A stretch of DNA of 64,000 nucleotides from Bispira polyomma (lineage: Eukaryota), in assembly GCA_965649765.1 (NCBI GenBank), contig OZ287749.1:41540001-41604000 (forward strand). Reading direction: 5' to 3'. Position 1 is the stretch's first letter, and each line of letters begins with the position of its first letter. The position numbers and the translations under genes are program-made. The notes under the pieces were generated by a model, which was given only the letters and a program-made list of their open reading frames with translations, did not search any database and had not been told where the DNA came from. Positions 52,389 through 64,000 of this stretch are shown here, piece by piece.

Positions 52389-52584
52389 CGGTCAAGGGGA
52401 TTACAAAAAAGCATTTGGTGGAGGTACGGTCATTGCCGAGTCCTCCCCCCGCAGTGAGAATGGCCCTCGAGTCCATTTGTACTCTACTCGGTGAAAAGGA
52501 CATCGCTTGGAAAACTCTCCGACAGCTCATTATGAAAGAGAACTTTATACCGAGCATTGTTAGCTTTGATACTGAGACGTTATC
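52389..52584 (+). CDS. DYNC1H1: MTBD mutually exclusive exon B ([19 protein letters not shown]...SFDTETLS)
   Basis: 196 nt, gcag|CG...TC|gtaagt, open frame. Confidence 0.9.
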
Positions 52585-53255
52585 GTAAGTTGGTCGGTGT
52601 GTGTCCAGTGATATATGGCCATCCTTAAATACCTGCACTCCATGTGTTGAGGTTTTTTTCAGTCTTGTTGTTTTCCTGATAATATTCTTACTGTTCTTGT
52701 ATGTTGAGATATTGTTGCTCTTTTTAAGGTCATTTTATGTTTTTGTGAATAATTCCCATGTTTTTGTTTACGGTCTGTGTATTTGTTGTTTTCATATATT
52801 CTTTACATATGTTTTTGTTTTCTGGAATTTTATTTTTGTGAACTGGAAACGATGAAATACAACAGTGACATCACAAAGAATCATGTACTTTAACTTATGG
52901 CAGCCCCAAAAGTATGGCCCAAGTAACTGCAAACGTATAACCGTCTCGAATCTGTGTATTCATTCATTTAGTTTTGAACCGATCCCAAGCTGATAAATAT
53001 ATCGGAGAAATGTGGCAAATAGCTGGGATAATATTGAGAATTATGAGAATAAATGTACACAAGGTACTAAAATTGGATTAAACTTATTTTGTTTTGACGA
53101 AGTGATTTATACCTTGAGGTGATAATGTTATATTTTAGCTATAAAGCATTACACGTTTTCGTTTTACTTTAAATATGTCTTTGTATGCCTGTATGCATGG
53201 TGATATTGTTGTGTCCGATTTGATTGCCTGCACGTTTCCATGTTATTTTTTCTAG

Positions 53256-53451
53256 CTGTAAGCAGTATCAAACGTCAGCAGTTGATGGAGGTTAAGTCCC
53301 TCCCCTCTCCACCCACTATGGTCAGGGTGGCCCTGGAATCCATTTGTGATCTCATGGGTGAATCTGACTTAGATTGGAAGGCTATGCGCAGTGTTATTAT
53401 GAGGGAAAATTTCATTTCCTCCATTGTCAATTTCAAGTCTGAGTATATTAC
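53256..53451 (+). CDS. DYNC1H1: MTBD mutually exclusive exon C ([19 protein letters not shown]...NFKSEYIT)
   Basis: 196 nt, ctag|CT...AC|gtaagt, open frame. Confidence 0.9.
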
Positions 53452-54063
53452 GTAAGTTTATTTGTCCCCTGAGGTGTAACTAGTTGAATGTGATGACAAG
53501 TAACTGTCTGCCTAATTAACACACATAAACTCCGTGTTTTTTTTTAAACTTTTCTGTCTTTTTACAGCACATGTATAACCATATAGATGCTCTTTTAATG
53601 TATGTGTGTATGTGTGTGTAGTTATTTTTTGGACTAGAATTTACTTTACTTGTACCATCAATATGGTCTCACACCGTTCTAACTTCTAATTCTGGATGTG
53701 GAGTTTTGGCACTTCGGCTGAAGTTGTGAAGCAACACTTTGCTAAATTTATACGCTTTGGATGTATTTTACATCACTCGAAAATAATTTTTATCGCTAAA
53801 TTTCTGCTATTTAAAAAAAAACCAGATTGTTCATAAATGCAGTTAGTGCACCAGTGAAGTAAATTTTTCTTCATCTAATTTTAACCTGTAACAAAAAAAA
53901 AAAAAAAATGGATTTAAACCAGCCATAACTTTGGTTATGTCTGAGGGTTATTTCAGTGAGACATGTACAGTTTATTGTACTCTGTGAACTCATAAAGCTA
54001 TTACTGGTCTCTGTATCTTTGTACACCAAACTAGTCCCCCTTTCATGTACCATTTATAATTAG

Positions 54064-54259
54064 CCGTGAAAAGCATCAAGAAACAGCATCTGGTTGAGGT
54101 GCGATCAATGGCCAATCCACCCGCACCAGTCAAACAAGCCCTCGAGTCGATATGTCTGTTGCTGGGTGAAACTGCATTCGACTGGAAAACCATCCGCTCC
54201 GTCATAGTGCGAGATAACTTCATTAGTACCATTGTCAATTTTTCGACTGACGATATCCC
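54064..54259 (+). CDS. DYNC1H1: MTBD mutually exclusive exon D ([19 protein letters not shown]...NFSTDDIP), closest to canonical dynein-1
   Basis: 196 nt, ttag|CC...CC|gtgagt, open frame. Confidence 0.93.
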
Positions 54260-55260
54260 GTGAGTGTTGTAGTAATAACATTTCTAACCGAAGAATGAGA
54301 TTAAATCATTGTTTGTGTACATACACTGTACTATTTATATGTGTGTCAAGATTTTAATGTTTAACCTACTTTAATTGGTGTATTATAGCAGTGATTACCA
54401 TTACATTTCAATTCATGGGTAGTATGTGTGTATGTATATCACCGCTTCATAGTTTGTGTTAAATGTGGGAGTAAAATCTTAAATGTTTTCAATTAGCTCA
54501 GCTTATTTTGAAAATATTTTTTTCCTTTTTATTTATACTCTGTTTTCATATTTGTATGGTCTTTGAGTGTTTTTTTTTTTTTTTTTTTTCCAATATTTTT
54601 TGATGCACTTATTTTATCCCTTATGTGGCAATGATTTTTGCAACCTAATTTCTGTTAATAATAACTTTCCTACTTTTTAAGTTTTCCAACATTTATCTTG
54701 TGAAGTATATATTAAATTCTGGCTTATTTTATCATTAAATGAACTTAAGTTGATTAGATTAATGGAATTTTCACTTAAAGTTAACATTTTGAAGCTATAT
54801 TAAAAACCATCTTAAAAAGTTTGTATAATTGACTATTACGAGATATAGTATTGTTACAAGTAATTGTGTAAAGTTGTAACATCAAGCAGTTTAAACAAAG
54901 AAAGATATGTGGACTTAGATTCAGATGTTTCTTGAATTTATTGCCTTTTGTTTTTCATTGCTTAACAATTCTTGTTTTGTGTAACCTTATGTTAAAGAAA
55001 CATGTGACATATTCTTTACTATGTTTGAAATCTTTTGAATTTGAACACCGAACATTTTCTGCAAAATATTAACTCTAAATTTTAAGAAAATACACCACCA
55101 CAGTGGAACCCGGACTATGCTGTTGGTTTAGTTTAATCTTGCATTGAAATGTTTGTAAATCTTATATCTGGGTAAGTATTTGAAGATTGATGATCTATAA
55201 TGTCCATGTTTAAGTCTGGTGAACTGTTTATATAAGTGCTGTTTTGTATGGTGTGATTAG

Positions 55261-55378
55261 GGATGACATTCGTCAGAAAATGAAGAGCAAGTATTTGGCA
55301 AATCCTGACTACAACTTTGAGAAGGTGAACAGGGCCAGTCAAGCCTGTGGACCCATGGTGAAGTGGGCCATTGCACAG
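55261..55378 (+). CDS. DYNC1H1: Dynein HC exon (MTBD second half; [18 protein letters not shown]), starts in phase 2
   Basis: tag|G...CAG|gtatgg. Confidence 0.95.
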
Positions 55379-55895
55379 GTATGGGAAACGTGTTCATCTT
55401 GTTATTGGTGAAATCGGGGGCCTAGTAGTTATAAGCATCTACTTTATTATCACTGGCCTTTTACCTCTGAGGACTGTGAAATAGACAGCCATCGGGGCCT
55501 AGTGGTTAAAAACATCTACTTTGATATCACTAGCCTCTCACCTCTGAGGACTGTGAGATTGATTCCTATTACCTCAAGTGAGAAAGTTTGCAGGTATTTG
55601 CTGTAGGTCAGTGGTTTCCAGTACAAGTATTACTAGTTCCCTTGACCAAATGAATGTGGCCATCATAGTAACACCAAAGATGTTAAAAGTGACGTAAAAC
55701 CTAAATAAATAGGCATTGCAAGTAATTTTTATATGTACATATTTTGGTAATTGGTATAACTGGTAAATATGGGGAATATATTACAGACATATCACAGCCT
55801 CAAATGTACCTTGGAGTTATTAGATAGTAAAGTATTTCAATATGTGTCATAGGAATTAGATATCGATGATATCAATTGAATCATTTCTTTGCCAG

Positions 55896-56111
55896 GTGAA
55901 CTATTCTGACATGCTGAACAGAATCGACCCACTGCGTAATGAGCTTAAGTCTTTGGAACACGAGGCCCTGGAGAACCAACACAAGCATGAGGAGGTGCAG
56001 AGGGTGATAGCAGAGCTAGAGAGGAGCATTGCCAAGTACAAGGAAGAGTATGCTGTGCTCATCAGTCAGGCACAGGCCATCAAAGCAGACCTGGCATCTG
56101 TAGAGGGCAAG
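55896..56111 (+). CDS. DYNC1H1: Dynein HC exon (stalk CC2; IDPLRNEL...[10 protein letters not shown])
   Basis: cag|GTG...AAG|gtaggt. Confidence 0.95.
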
Positions 56112-56730
56112 GTAGGTAGTGTGTAACATTTCGTGTAATCCAATGTGTATTCAGGTCTATTTGGTTGCTGTCGAGGCTAAAGTAGGGAGTGTGTAGTATT
56201 TCATTTAATCCAATGTGTATCCAAGTCTATTTGGCTTCTGTAGTGTCTAAGGTGGGGGTGTGTAGTATTTCCTCCAATGGGTATTCAAGACTAGCTGGCT
56301 TCTGTAGTGTCTAAGGTAGGGGAGTGTGTAGTATTTCCTCCAATGGGTATTCAAGTCTAGCTGGCTTCTGTAGTGGCTAAGGTAGGGGGTGTGTATTATT
56401 TCCTCCAATGGGTATTTAAGTCCATCTGGCTTCTATAGAGGCTAAGGTAGGGGTGTGTAGTATTTCCTCCAATGGGTATTTCAGTCTATCTGGTTTCTGT
56501 AGAGGCTAAGGTAGGGGGTGTGTAGTATTTCCGTCAATGGGTATTTAAGTCTATTTGGCTTCTGTAGAGGCTAAGGTAGGGGAGTGTGTAGTATTTCATG
56601 TGGTTCTATGTGTATTCAAGTCTATCCGACTGCTATAGAGGCTAAGGTAGGGAGTACGATGTACTCGTCAGTCAGACCCAGACTTTTAAAGCTAATCTGG
56701 CTCCTGTATATGCCTATGTAGTTAGTATGT
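56090..56730 (+). repeat. About 65-bp degenerate tandem repeat of exon end plus donor (about 9 copies)
   Basis: CTGGCTTCTGTAGAGGCTAAG|GTAGGGG-GTGTGTAG units derived from CTGGCATCTGTAGAGGGCAAG|GTAGGTAGTGTG. Confidence 0.9.
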
Positions 56731-57180
56731 AGTATGTCATCATGATTGCATTGCTTGTTTATGCCCAGGCTATAAATCCCATCTACAGCTGTAGATTTCT
56801 AGTATTTTAAAAAATTCACTGATCTCAGTTTTAAAGTTCGAAAAAAATTTTAATGCTCCCTTTTTAAAATATTATTTATCTTCAATTAAATTACATGTTT
56901 CACATTACACAAAGACTCGACCAAAAATATGTGTTAACACATAGCTGTAACAAATTGGCTTTAGATAAAGTACAATGTCTATTATTCAAAAGTGTTTGGG
57001 GAGCAACATATTGTTCAGATAATAGAAGATTCATAAAATAGAAGGTGCAATGTAGTTCAAAACCACTAAAAAACTTAAAAATGCAGAGAGTGACACAGTT
57101 TGTTACATTGAATTTTTGGATAACAAGTTTGGAACAAAGGAAGTCTTACTGTATGTGTAATATTTCCCTACCCACTGTAG

Positions 57181-57420
57181 GTGGAGCGCAGTGTGGCATT
57201 GCTGAAGAGTTTGGGTAATGAGCGTGAGAGGTGGGAGGCTGGCAGTCAGACCTTTAAAGCCCAGATGTCCACTATAGTTGGAGATGTACTCCTGAGTGCG
57301 GCCTTCATGGCATACGCTGGGTACTTTGACCAACACATGAGGCAGAGTCTTTTCATGGCCTGGTTTAACCACATGCAGGCAGCAAACATTGTATTCAAGC
57401 AGGACATTGCCAGAATTGAG
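57181..57420 (+). CDS. DYNC1H1: Dynein HC exon (ERERWE...[18 protein letters not shown]...DIARIE); last exon found in the window
   Basis: tag|GTG...GAG|gtacgt. Confidence 0.95.
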
Positions 57421-57781
57421 GTACGTTATATAATAATTATAATAATAATAATTGAATCATTTTTATTGCGCCAAATTGATGAAAAACATCCTTTAAGACG
57501 CTGATGCAATTAATGTTGAATAATGAGATAAATTATACGCGATTAATGTTTTTAATTCTGAAGTTTGTGGTTATGATTTATTTAAGAACTCAAATTTAAA
57601 AACTGCAGATTTGATACAGTGTTACTTAAATTAAGTACGGTAGTTTTTGTCATGTCTAAGGCTTAACCCCTATAACTGTAACCTTGTGTAGATTTGTGGG
57701 TTTACTGCAGGCATTTCAAGAAGTTTTTTGCTCAACCCTTTATAGTGCCAACTGGAAATATAATAAAAATTGTGTGCGCTA

Positions 57782-58200
57782 ATTAAGCGTCCCTTGTGGG
57801 ACGCTTGTTTGTATACAGGAGAAAATTCACGCGGAAGGGGGCCGCAGTAGCCCTAGGAAAATTTTTTCAATATTTTCATCACATTTAGGCAAATCAGAGA
57901 AGTCACATGACCAAAAACACGTTTTTTAAAGGGGTGTGCTTGTCCGGATGATAACTTTAAATGCGCTTCATCTATTCTCATGAAATTTGGTAAATAGGTT
58001 TCTCATATTGATTTCGGGACAACATTAACTTTTAGAAGTGATCCGATACAAAATGGTTGACTTATTAATGATTAAATAACAATAAGATTTTTTGAAACGA
58101 TGACAATGAAAAATCCTTAATATCTCAAAAAAGGTGCAAGATAGAGCGATTTCGGCTGAATTTTGGGTCCAGGTGGTATATGCAGAAAGTCGCGCAATGT
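57782..58200 (+). mobile_element. Helitron/Helentron-like non-autonomous repeat; second copy at about 59986-60450
   Basis: Both copies begin with an AAGCGTCCC-ttgt-GGGACGCTT-type hairpin and share about 400 bp, including GTGC(A/G)AGA(T/C)AGAGCGATTTCG, which is also in the 169-bp unit. Confidence 0.55.
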
Positions 58201-61200
58201 CTCATTGAGACGATTTGTTTTTCCTGTGCAAAAAACAATTTCCTATCATTTGCAAAGCAGTACTCTAGTTATCAATTTTGGTTAGATACATAAATAATGT
58301 TGACATATATCAATTATAAATGACATAAAAATTACAGAAATAAGAATTACAATGACGATAAGTCATAATGTACCAATATTTGTCCAAATAATCAGTGAAG
58401 TCTGTAATACCAGATCCACTCTCGTTTGTAACTCTTCTAACTGGTTAATAAAATTTTCCAAGAGGTCCCAGGGACTATAAAAATGGTGAAAAGTTGGTAA
58501 TAGCTATGTAGCAATGTGATAAAGGAAAAAAAAAATTGCTGAGATCATAGTAATAGCTATGCAAGTTGTTGTATAGTCAAAAAACGTATCTGTTTTCATT
58601 AATCTGTAAGTGATTTTCATTAATGTGTAAGTGGTTATCCCAGATCTGCAAGCAATATTTGAAATTATTTTTCGATCTGTAAGTGAATTTCTAATGTGTA
58701 AATGATTTTCTAATCTGTCAGTGATTTTTTAAAATGTAAGTGATTTTCGTAGATGTATAGTGATTTTCCGCTATGTAAGTGATATTTAAGTGATTTTCGT
58801 AGATCTCGTAGATCTAAGTGATTTTCCAATTTTTAAATAATTTTTACCGTCAGGTGTACGTCACTGAAAGTGACGTATTGCTGAGGTATTCCCATCTGTG
58901 GGGGTGAGGGGGGGTTATATATGGTAAATGCTTATGGTGGGCTGTCCACAAGATAATCTCAGAATCGGCCCAGAGTTGTGTGCTGAAATTTGCAGGGAAT
59001 ATTAGGCATGTTTTGTAGATGACTCAAAATTTTTTTCTTGTCAATTGGGAGTAGTAGAATAAAAGTTATGAACAACTATTTAAAGTTTACTATTTTGACA
59101 TGTGCTCTTTGTTATTCAGTGTTTTTCATCAGTTTGATTGACAGGCACTAATGCCCCCCCCCACCCCACCCCCACCCCCCCCCCCCCATGCCTCCACCAC
59201 ACACGCACACATATGCAGACTTCCCACTACATGTTAGTGCTTCTTTACAGGTCATGTAACATATATATATATATATACATACTTTGGTTGATGGGTAAAA
59301 TTTCCCACCATCTGAAATTTGCCACCTAGAAAATGTTGTGTTTTCGGTAGAATTGTCATTAATATTTGTTTAAATTGAGATTTTTATGACTAATTTGCCT
59401 TCCTTACCAGATATTTGTTGCCAGTTTTTATTTATTTGGCTTAAATTTTAGGGGTGGCAAATTTTAGATACAGGAGCAAATTTTAGATTCCTTACTGTAC
59501 TAAGCTGAGAAAAAAAATATATGGTAAACCCAATATATTACATTCAGGTTAACTGGAGTATTTAAAAGGATAAAAATTACAGAGGCTATGTGTGTCACAA
59601 TATGATCAAACCATATTGAGTCAGATGATTTTAATGCAGTAAATATTTTTGGGGGTTTGGTAACAATTATAATTGAACTAAGTGTACCGGTTTAGTGCCA
59701 AAAAAAGTGTGTGGGGATACAAAATCTTGCAAGGAGGCTTGCCAAATTTTTGTACCCCCTGGAAACAAATAAAATTTTAAACTATTTATATACTGTAGAA
59801 CCTCTATTTTACGGACATCTCAGGAGAGTGACAATTTGTTTGGATAATAGAAGGTCCATAAAATAGAATTGGCATTTATTATAAAACAATAGTAAAAAAT
59901 AAGTTTGGGAGAGTGAAACTGATTATTTAAAATTGAATATTTGGATATTAGATGGTCCGATAATAGGGGTTCTACTGTACGTGTATTAAGCACGTCCTGC
60001 AAGGGACACTTGTTTGTATACAGGAGAAAATTCACGCGGAAGGGGCCGCTGGCTCTTCCGGTTCCCCTTTTTGTGGGCGGATTCTCTTCAAATCTGGCAC
60101 ATGTATGCAGTAGCTCTGGGAAAAAAAAATTTAATATGGTGTCATCACATTTTCACCAATCAGAGAAGTCACATGACCAAAAACAAATTTTCTAAATGGC
60201 TGTGTTTGTCCGGATGGGAACTTAAAAAGCGCTTTACCTTTTCTTATGAAATTTGGCAAGTAGCTTTCTTATATAGATGTCTGGACAACATTAACTTTTT
60301 TTGGAAGTGATCTGATACAAAATGGCCGACTTATTGACGATTAATTAAACGTTAAGATTTTTCAAAACGATGCAAATGAAAAATCCCTAATATCTCGGAA
60401 ATAGTGCGAGACAGAGCGATTTCGGCTGAATTTTGAGTCCACAGGGTATATATTACATTTTTTTACATTTACATATATATGCACTCAAATTAAAATGTTT
60501 TTGTTTTTTTTTTCAATAATTTTTTTTTTTTTTCAAATTTTTTTTTCAAATAATTTTTACGTTAGTTGCCGGCAGACAATGGCAACTAATGTTATACCAT
60601 GGATAGACTGACTCCCTAGTGATAGCCTGGTTACCGTATGTCCGCAGAGGTCCATTCGTGGACATACATTAGCTCTGATTTTTAGTAGATATGTACATAT
60701 ACATGTCTAGATGGCCCAAAATTGAATTTGTGTTAAAATATGTATTCATTTCCGAGATAAAAGAAGTTTACGAATGTAAACAAACAACATTTTTGTCTGT
60801 AAATGATTGGCGTGACATCTTTCTTTTGAGGGAGGTGGGCCCTTTTTAATTCTGCGCAAGACAGATTATTCATAAAACCTTGCAAGTCATGTCGCCCCAT
60901 AAACAACTCGCCCTTTTATTTAAAACACAGTGCGCCAGGACTGCCCCGCCCGAAAACTCGCCCCCGAAACGAAAATTCTGCAAATACTGGTGTATCTCTT
61001 TGAATACTTTACCTAAAATTTTTGTTTTGGTATCAGCAGAAAGCTCTTACTATGTACTTTATGATTAGTGGATGAATTTCAATTTAAAATATATGGTTAT
61101 AGGACTTAAATTCGGACTACATACCCAAAATTGTTCAAAATATCAGTTTTCAGATTTTATACAGGTTATTGATTAAATGCCTACATCACAGTAAGTATAT

Positions 61201-61409
61201 ATAATACAGATTACATGACTTGATACTGATACTTTAGATGCATTTAACTTACTTGAACTATGTTTTTGTAAATCAAAAATACTGATATCAAACATGCACT
61301 TTAACATGAAAAGATATTTGATGGTTCTGTAACTTGTTAGTTCTTACAAGTATATTTATGTTAGTCAAAAACAATGATCTTAAACATGAAAGGATAATTC
61401 ATTCTTGCA

Positions 61410-63090
61410 TAACCGTGTTTCTTGGATACTGTCAAACTGTGGCTAACTCCCTTGTTAGCAGCCATGTAGACTACTCCAGTTCCCTTTCACTGAAAGAAAA
61501 TTCTGCTAGAGTGAAATAGATCACACAATGCAATCCCTTGGAAAAGAAATAAATGCAACTTACACTATAGCTCATTATTCTTCATCACATTACTTGGCAA
61601 TGATATACAGCCCTCTGAATAATCTTGGCGCGGTATTCACAAACAAGGATCATGATCAGATCAAGTAATTTTTCGAATGAATTGGTATTAACAAAGCAAG
61701 GAATCACTTGATATAAAATTTTAAATAATTGATCTGTTTTTGTATTCTACTTATTCCCTCAAACATCTCCTGTCAGCCTTGGGAGGTGACTGTAAAATCA
61801 CTAAAGGATCTGGTGGTGGATACTGTGGCTAACTCCTTGTTAAGTGCAGTATTCAAAAATAAGGATGAAGATCGGATCAAAGTTGAGAAAAAAATTTCAA
61901 ATAATTGGTATTAACAATGCAAGGAATCACTAGACTACTCTTTGTACAGTGATAGGTAACTGGTGAGGGGTTGTGGGAGCACTGGACTACTCTTGGTATA
62001 ATGATAGGTGCATGTAATTGGTGAGGGGTAACTGGAGCACTAGACTACTTTTTGTACAGTGATAGGTAACTGATGAGGGGTAGTGGGAGCACTAGACTAT
62101 ACTCTTTGTATTATAATAGGTAACTGGTGAACGGTAGTGGATCACTAGACTATGTTATCATTTCCTTCCATTTCTATTCAACTGGATGTTGCAGAAATAA
62201 AAGACCCACACCAAGCACATGGTGTACACTGAATAACAAATTTTTGACAACATTCTACCCCCATAAATGACTTTTTGACAATAATTTGTCTGCAATTTTC
62301 AGTGCACTTGAATTTGTTTTTGTATTCTACTTCTTCCTTCAAACATCTACTGTCAGCCATGGGAGGTGACTGTAAAATTATTAAAGGATCTGGTGGTGGA
62401 TACTGTGATCACTGGCCAACTCCCTCTTAAGTGAATTATTTAAAAACAAGGATCAAGATCAGATCAAAGTTGCAAAAAAAGTTTAACATAATCAGTATTC
62501 AAAAAGCAAGGAATCATTTTATCTGAAAATATTAAATAATTGATCTGTTTTTCGTATTTTTCTTTTCTCAAACATCTTCTGTCAGCCAAGATGAAGGTTT
62601 TACTCTGCAATCTCTAATATGAGACTCTCACTGAGGTCTGAAACAAGTGATAGGTGATACATAACTGGTGAGGGGTAGTGGGAACAGTACACTACTCTTT
62701 GTATTATGATAGGTAACTGGTGAGGTGTAGTGGGGGCAGAAGACTACTCTTTGTATAAGGATATAGGTAACTGGTGAGAGGTAGTGGGAACACTAGACTA
62801 CTCTTTGTATTATGATAGTTAAGTGGTGAGTTGTAGTAGCGCACTAGACTCCTCTTTGTACAGTGATAGGTAACTAGTTAGAGGTTCTATAAATGCAGCA
62901 TTCAAAAACAAGATCTAGATCAGATCAAAGTTATATCATAATAATTGATAATAATTAAAACATTTATAAAGCGCAAAAATGATGAGAACATCCTCTAACG
63001 TGCTGATATCCAAGAATATCTAAAAATATCAAATATTTGATCTATTTCTTTTGTATTCTTCTTCCCTCAAACATATCCTGTCAGCCATAT
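61410..63090. repeat. Composite degenerate tandem repeat region (about 50-bp units interleaved with longer blocks)
   Basis: CTAGACTACTCTTTGTA...GATAGGTAACTGGTGAGGGGTAGTGGG repeats; CAAACATCT(C)CTGTCAGCC recurs 4 times; begins with a decayed L2-like TVANSLVSSHVDY segment. Confidence 0.8.
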
Positions 63091-63269
63091 TTGATTTATG
63101 CTGATCCAAATTTAACCCACTAAGTTAGCTGTTCAAAGTTAAGAAAAATAGTTTTTTCTCAAATTCGATCTGATCTTACTATCAGGTTCGTGATATAAAA
63201 CACTCTTCCATTAAAAGAATCAAAAATCAATTGTCACTACCATCACTTCTTGTTAATGTCTCTACAATA

Positions 63270-63847
63270 CACCCGTGGACATTGATTGGAACGGACATTA
63301 ATTGGAACGATTATACAGTAAATTGCAATGTTATAGCTTAAATAAAACAATTGTAAAATAAAATTGTACTGGCATAAATATTATAACTAGTCGTAATAAT
63401 TATGTCCAATAAATGTCCCTGTTAAACAATAACAAATATTTTAAAGCAATTTTATTGTTTGCTAACCCGAAATATGACAACATGGATGCCTATTTGTTTT
63501 TCGGGCAGTTTATTCTAGATTTACTGTCACAATTTCCAGCAAATTGTGCAAAATAGCCAATTATGTAATTTACAATAATTTCATTGGTATTTATTGGTTA
63601 ATATCAAGAAGCATAGTAAAAAAATGAGAAAAGTGTTCCAATCAATGTCCACTTCGATTTTGAAAATTTGAAGAAACTATTTCATTTTTAGAATGATCAT
63701 CAAATGATTTGGACCTTTTTTATTATTTATTAAATGTGTTGTCATATAACCTATTTTATGAAGTACAAATACAAAATAAATGGCAGTTTTAAATAATAAA
63801 ATTTCAAGAAAAACTAAAAAAATCGTTCCAATCAATGTCCACGGGTG
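63270..63847. mobile_element. MITE with perfect 24-bp TIRs
   Basis: CACCCGTGGACATTGATTGGAACG ... CGTTCCAATCAATGTCCACGGGTG. Confidence 0.82.
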
Positions 63848-64000
63848 TTCAGTAATTCAGATGGGGTGGGCGATGTTTCCGCGTTTCAGATTCGAAACGG
63901 CGAGGTAGCGAAACGACTAGTAATCTGGTGCCATATGACGTCATAACGAAATGTATTCTGGCATTGGAGAGGCAGAATATACGATTGTGACACAAATAAA

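Noticed and set aside
50068-54259. Reading the four MTBD exons as constitutive tandem domains or as pseudo-exon echoes
   Set aside because: Phases (1 in, 2 out) forbid joining them in series. Unlike the echoes elsewhere, all four are full length and open, and they differ mostly by silent or conservative changes.
57421-64000. Next dynein exon (expected YLS..DERL.W-like) or a separate gene
   Set aside because: Not found by eye; the region is repeat-rich and is interpreted as a long intron continuing beyond the window.

Overview
AT-rich animal genomic DNA, probably a lophotrochozoan such as a mollusc (inferred from repeat content, not shown directly). The whole window lies inside one + strand gene, cytoplasmic dynein-1 heavy chain (DYNC1H1/DHC1). 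I could splice 45 constitutive GT-AG exons plus one cassette slot in frame, from the tail through linker, AAA1-AAA4, stalk CC1, the microtubule-binding domain (MTBD) and CC2. The gene starts before and ends after the window. Three things stand out. (1) The exon encoding the first half of the MTBD occurs as four tandem, diverged 196-nt copies (50068-54259) whose splice phases make them mutually exclusive, predicting four dynein-1 isoforms with different microtubule-contact surfaces. (2) An 11.5-kb intron holds a full-length antisense L1/Tx1-type LINE (14080-21645, 15-bp TSD, TT/AAAA site) whose ORF1 protein is fused to a C-terminal NADAR (YbiA-like) domain. (3) At least 12 exon-intron junctions have been tandemly duplicated into the neighbouring intron, creating decoy or alternative splice sites. 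The introns also contain MITEs, SINE-like repeats, L2 fragments and a Helentron-like element with a 169-bp tandem array.
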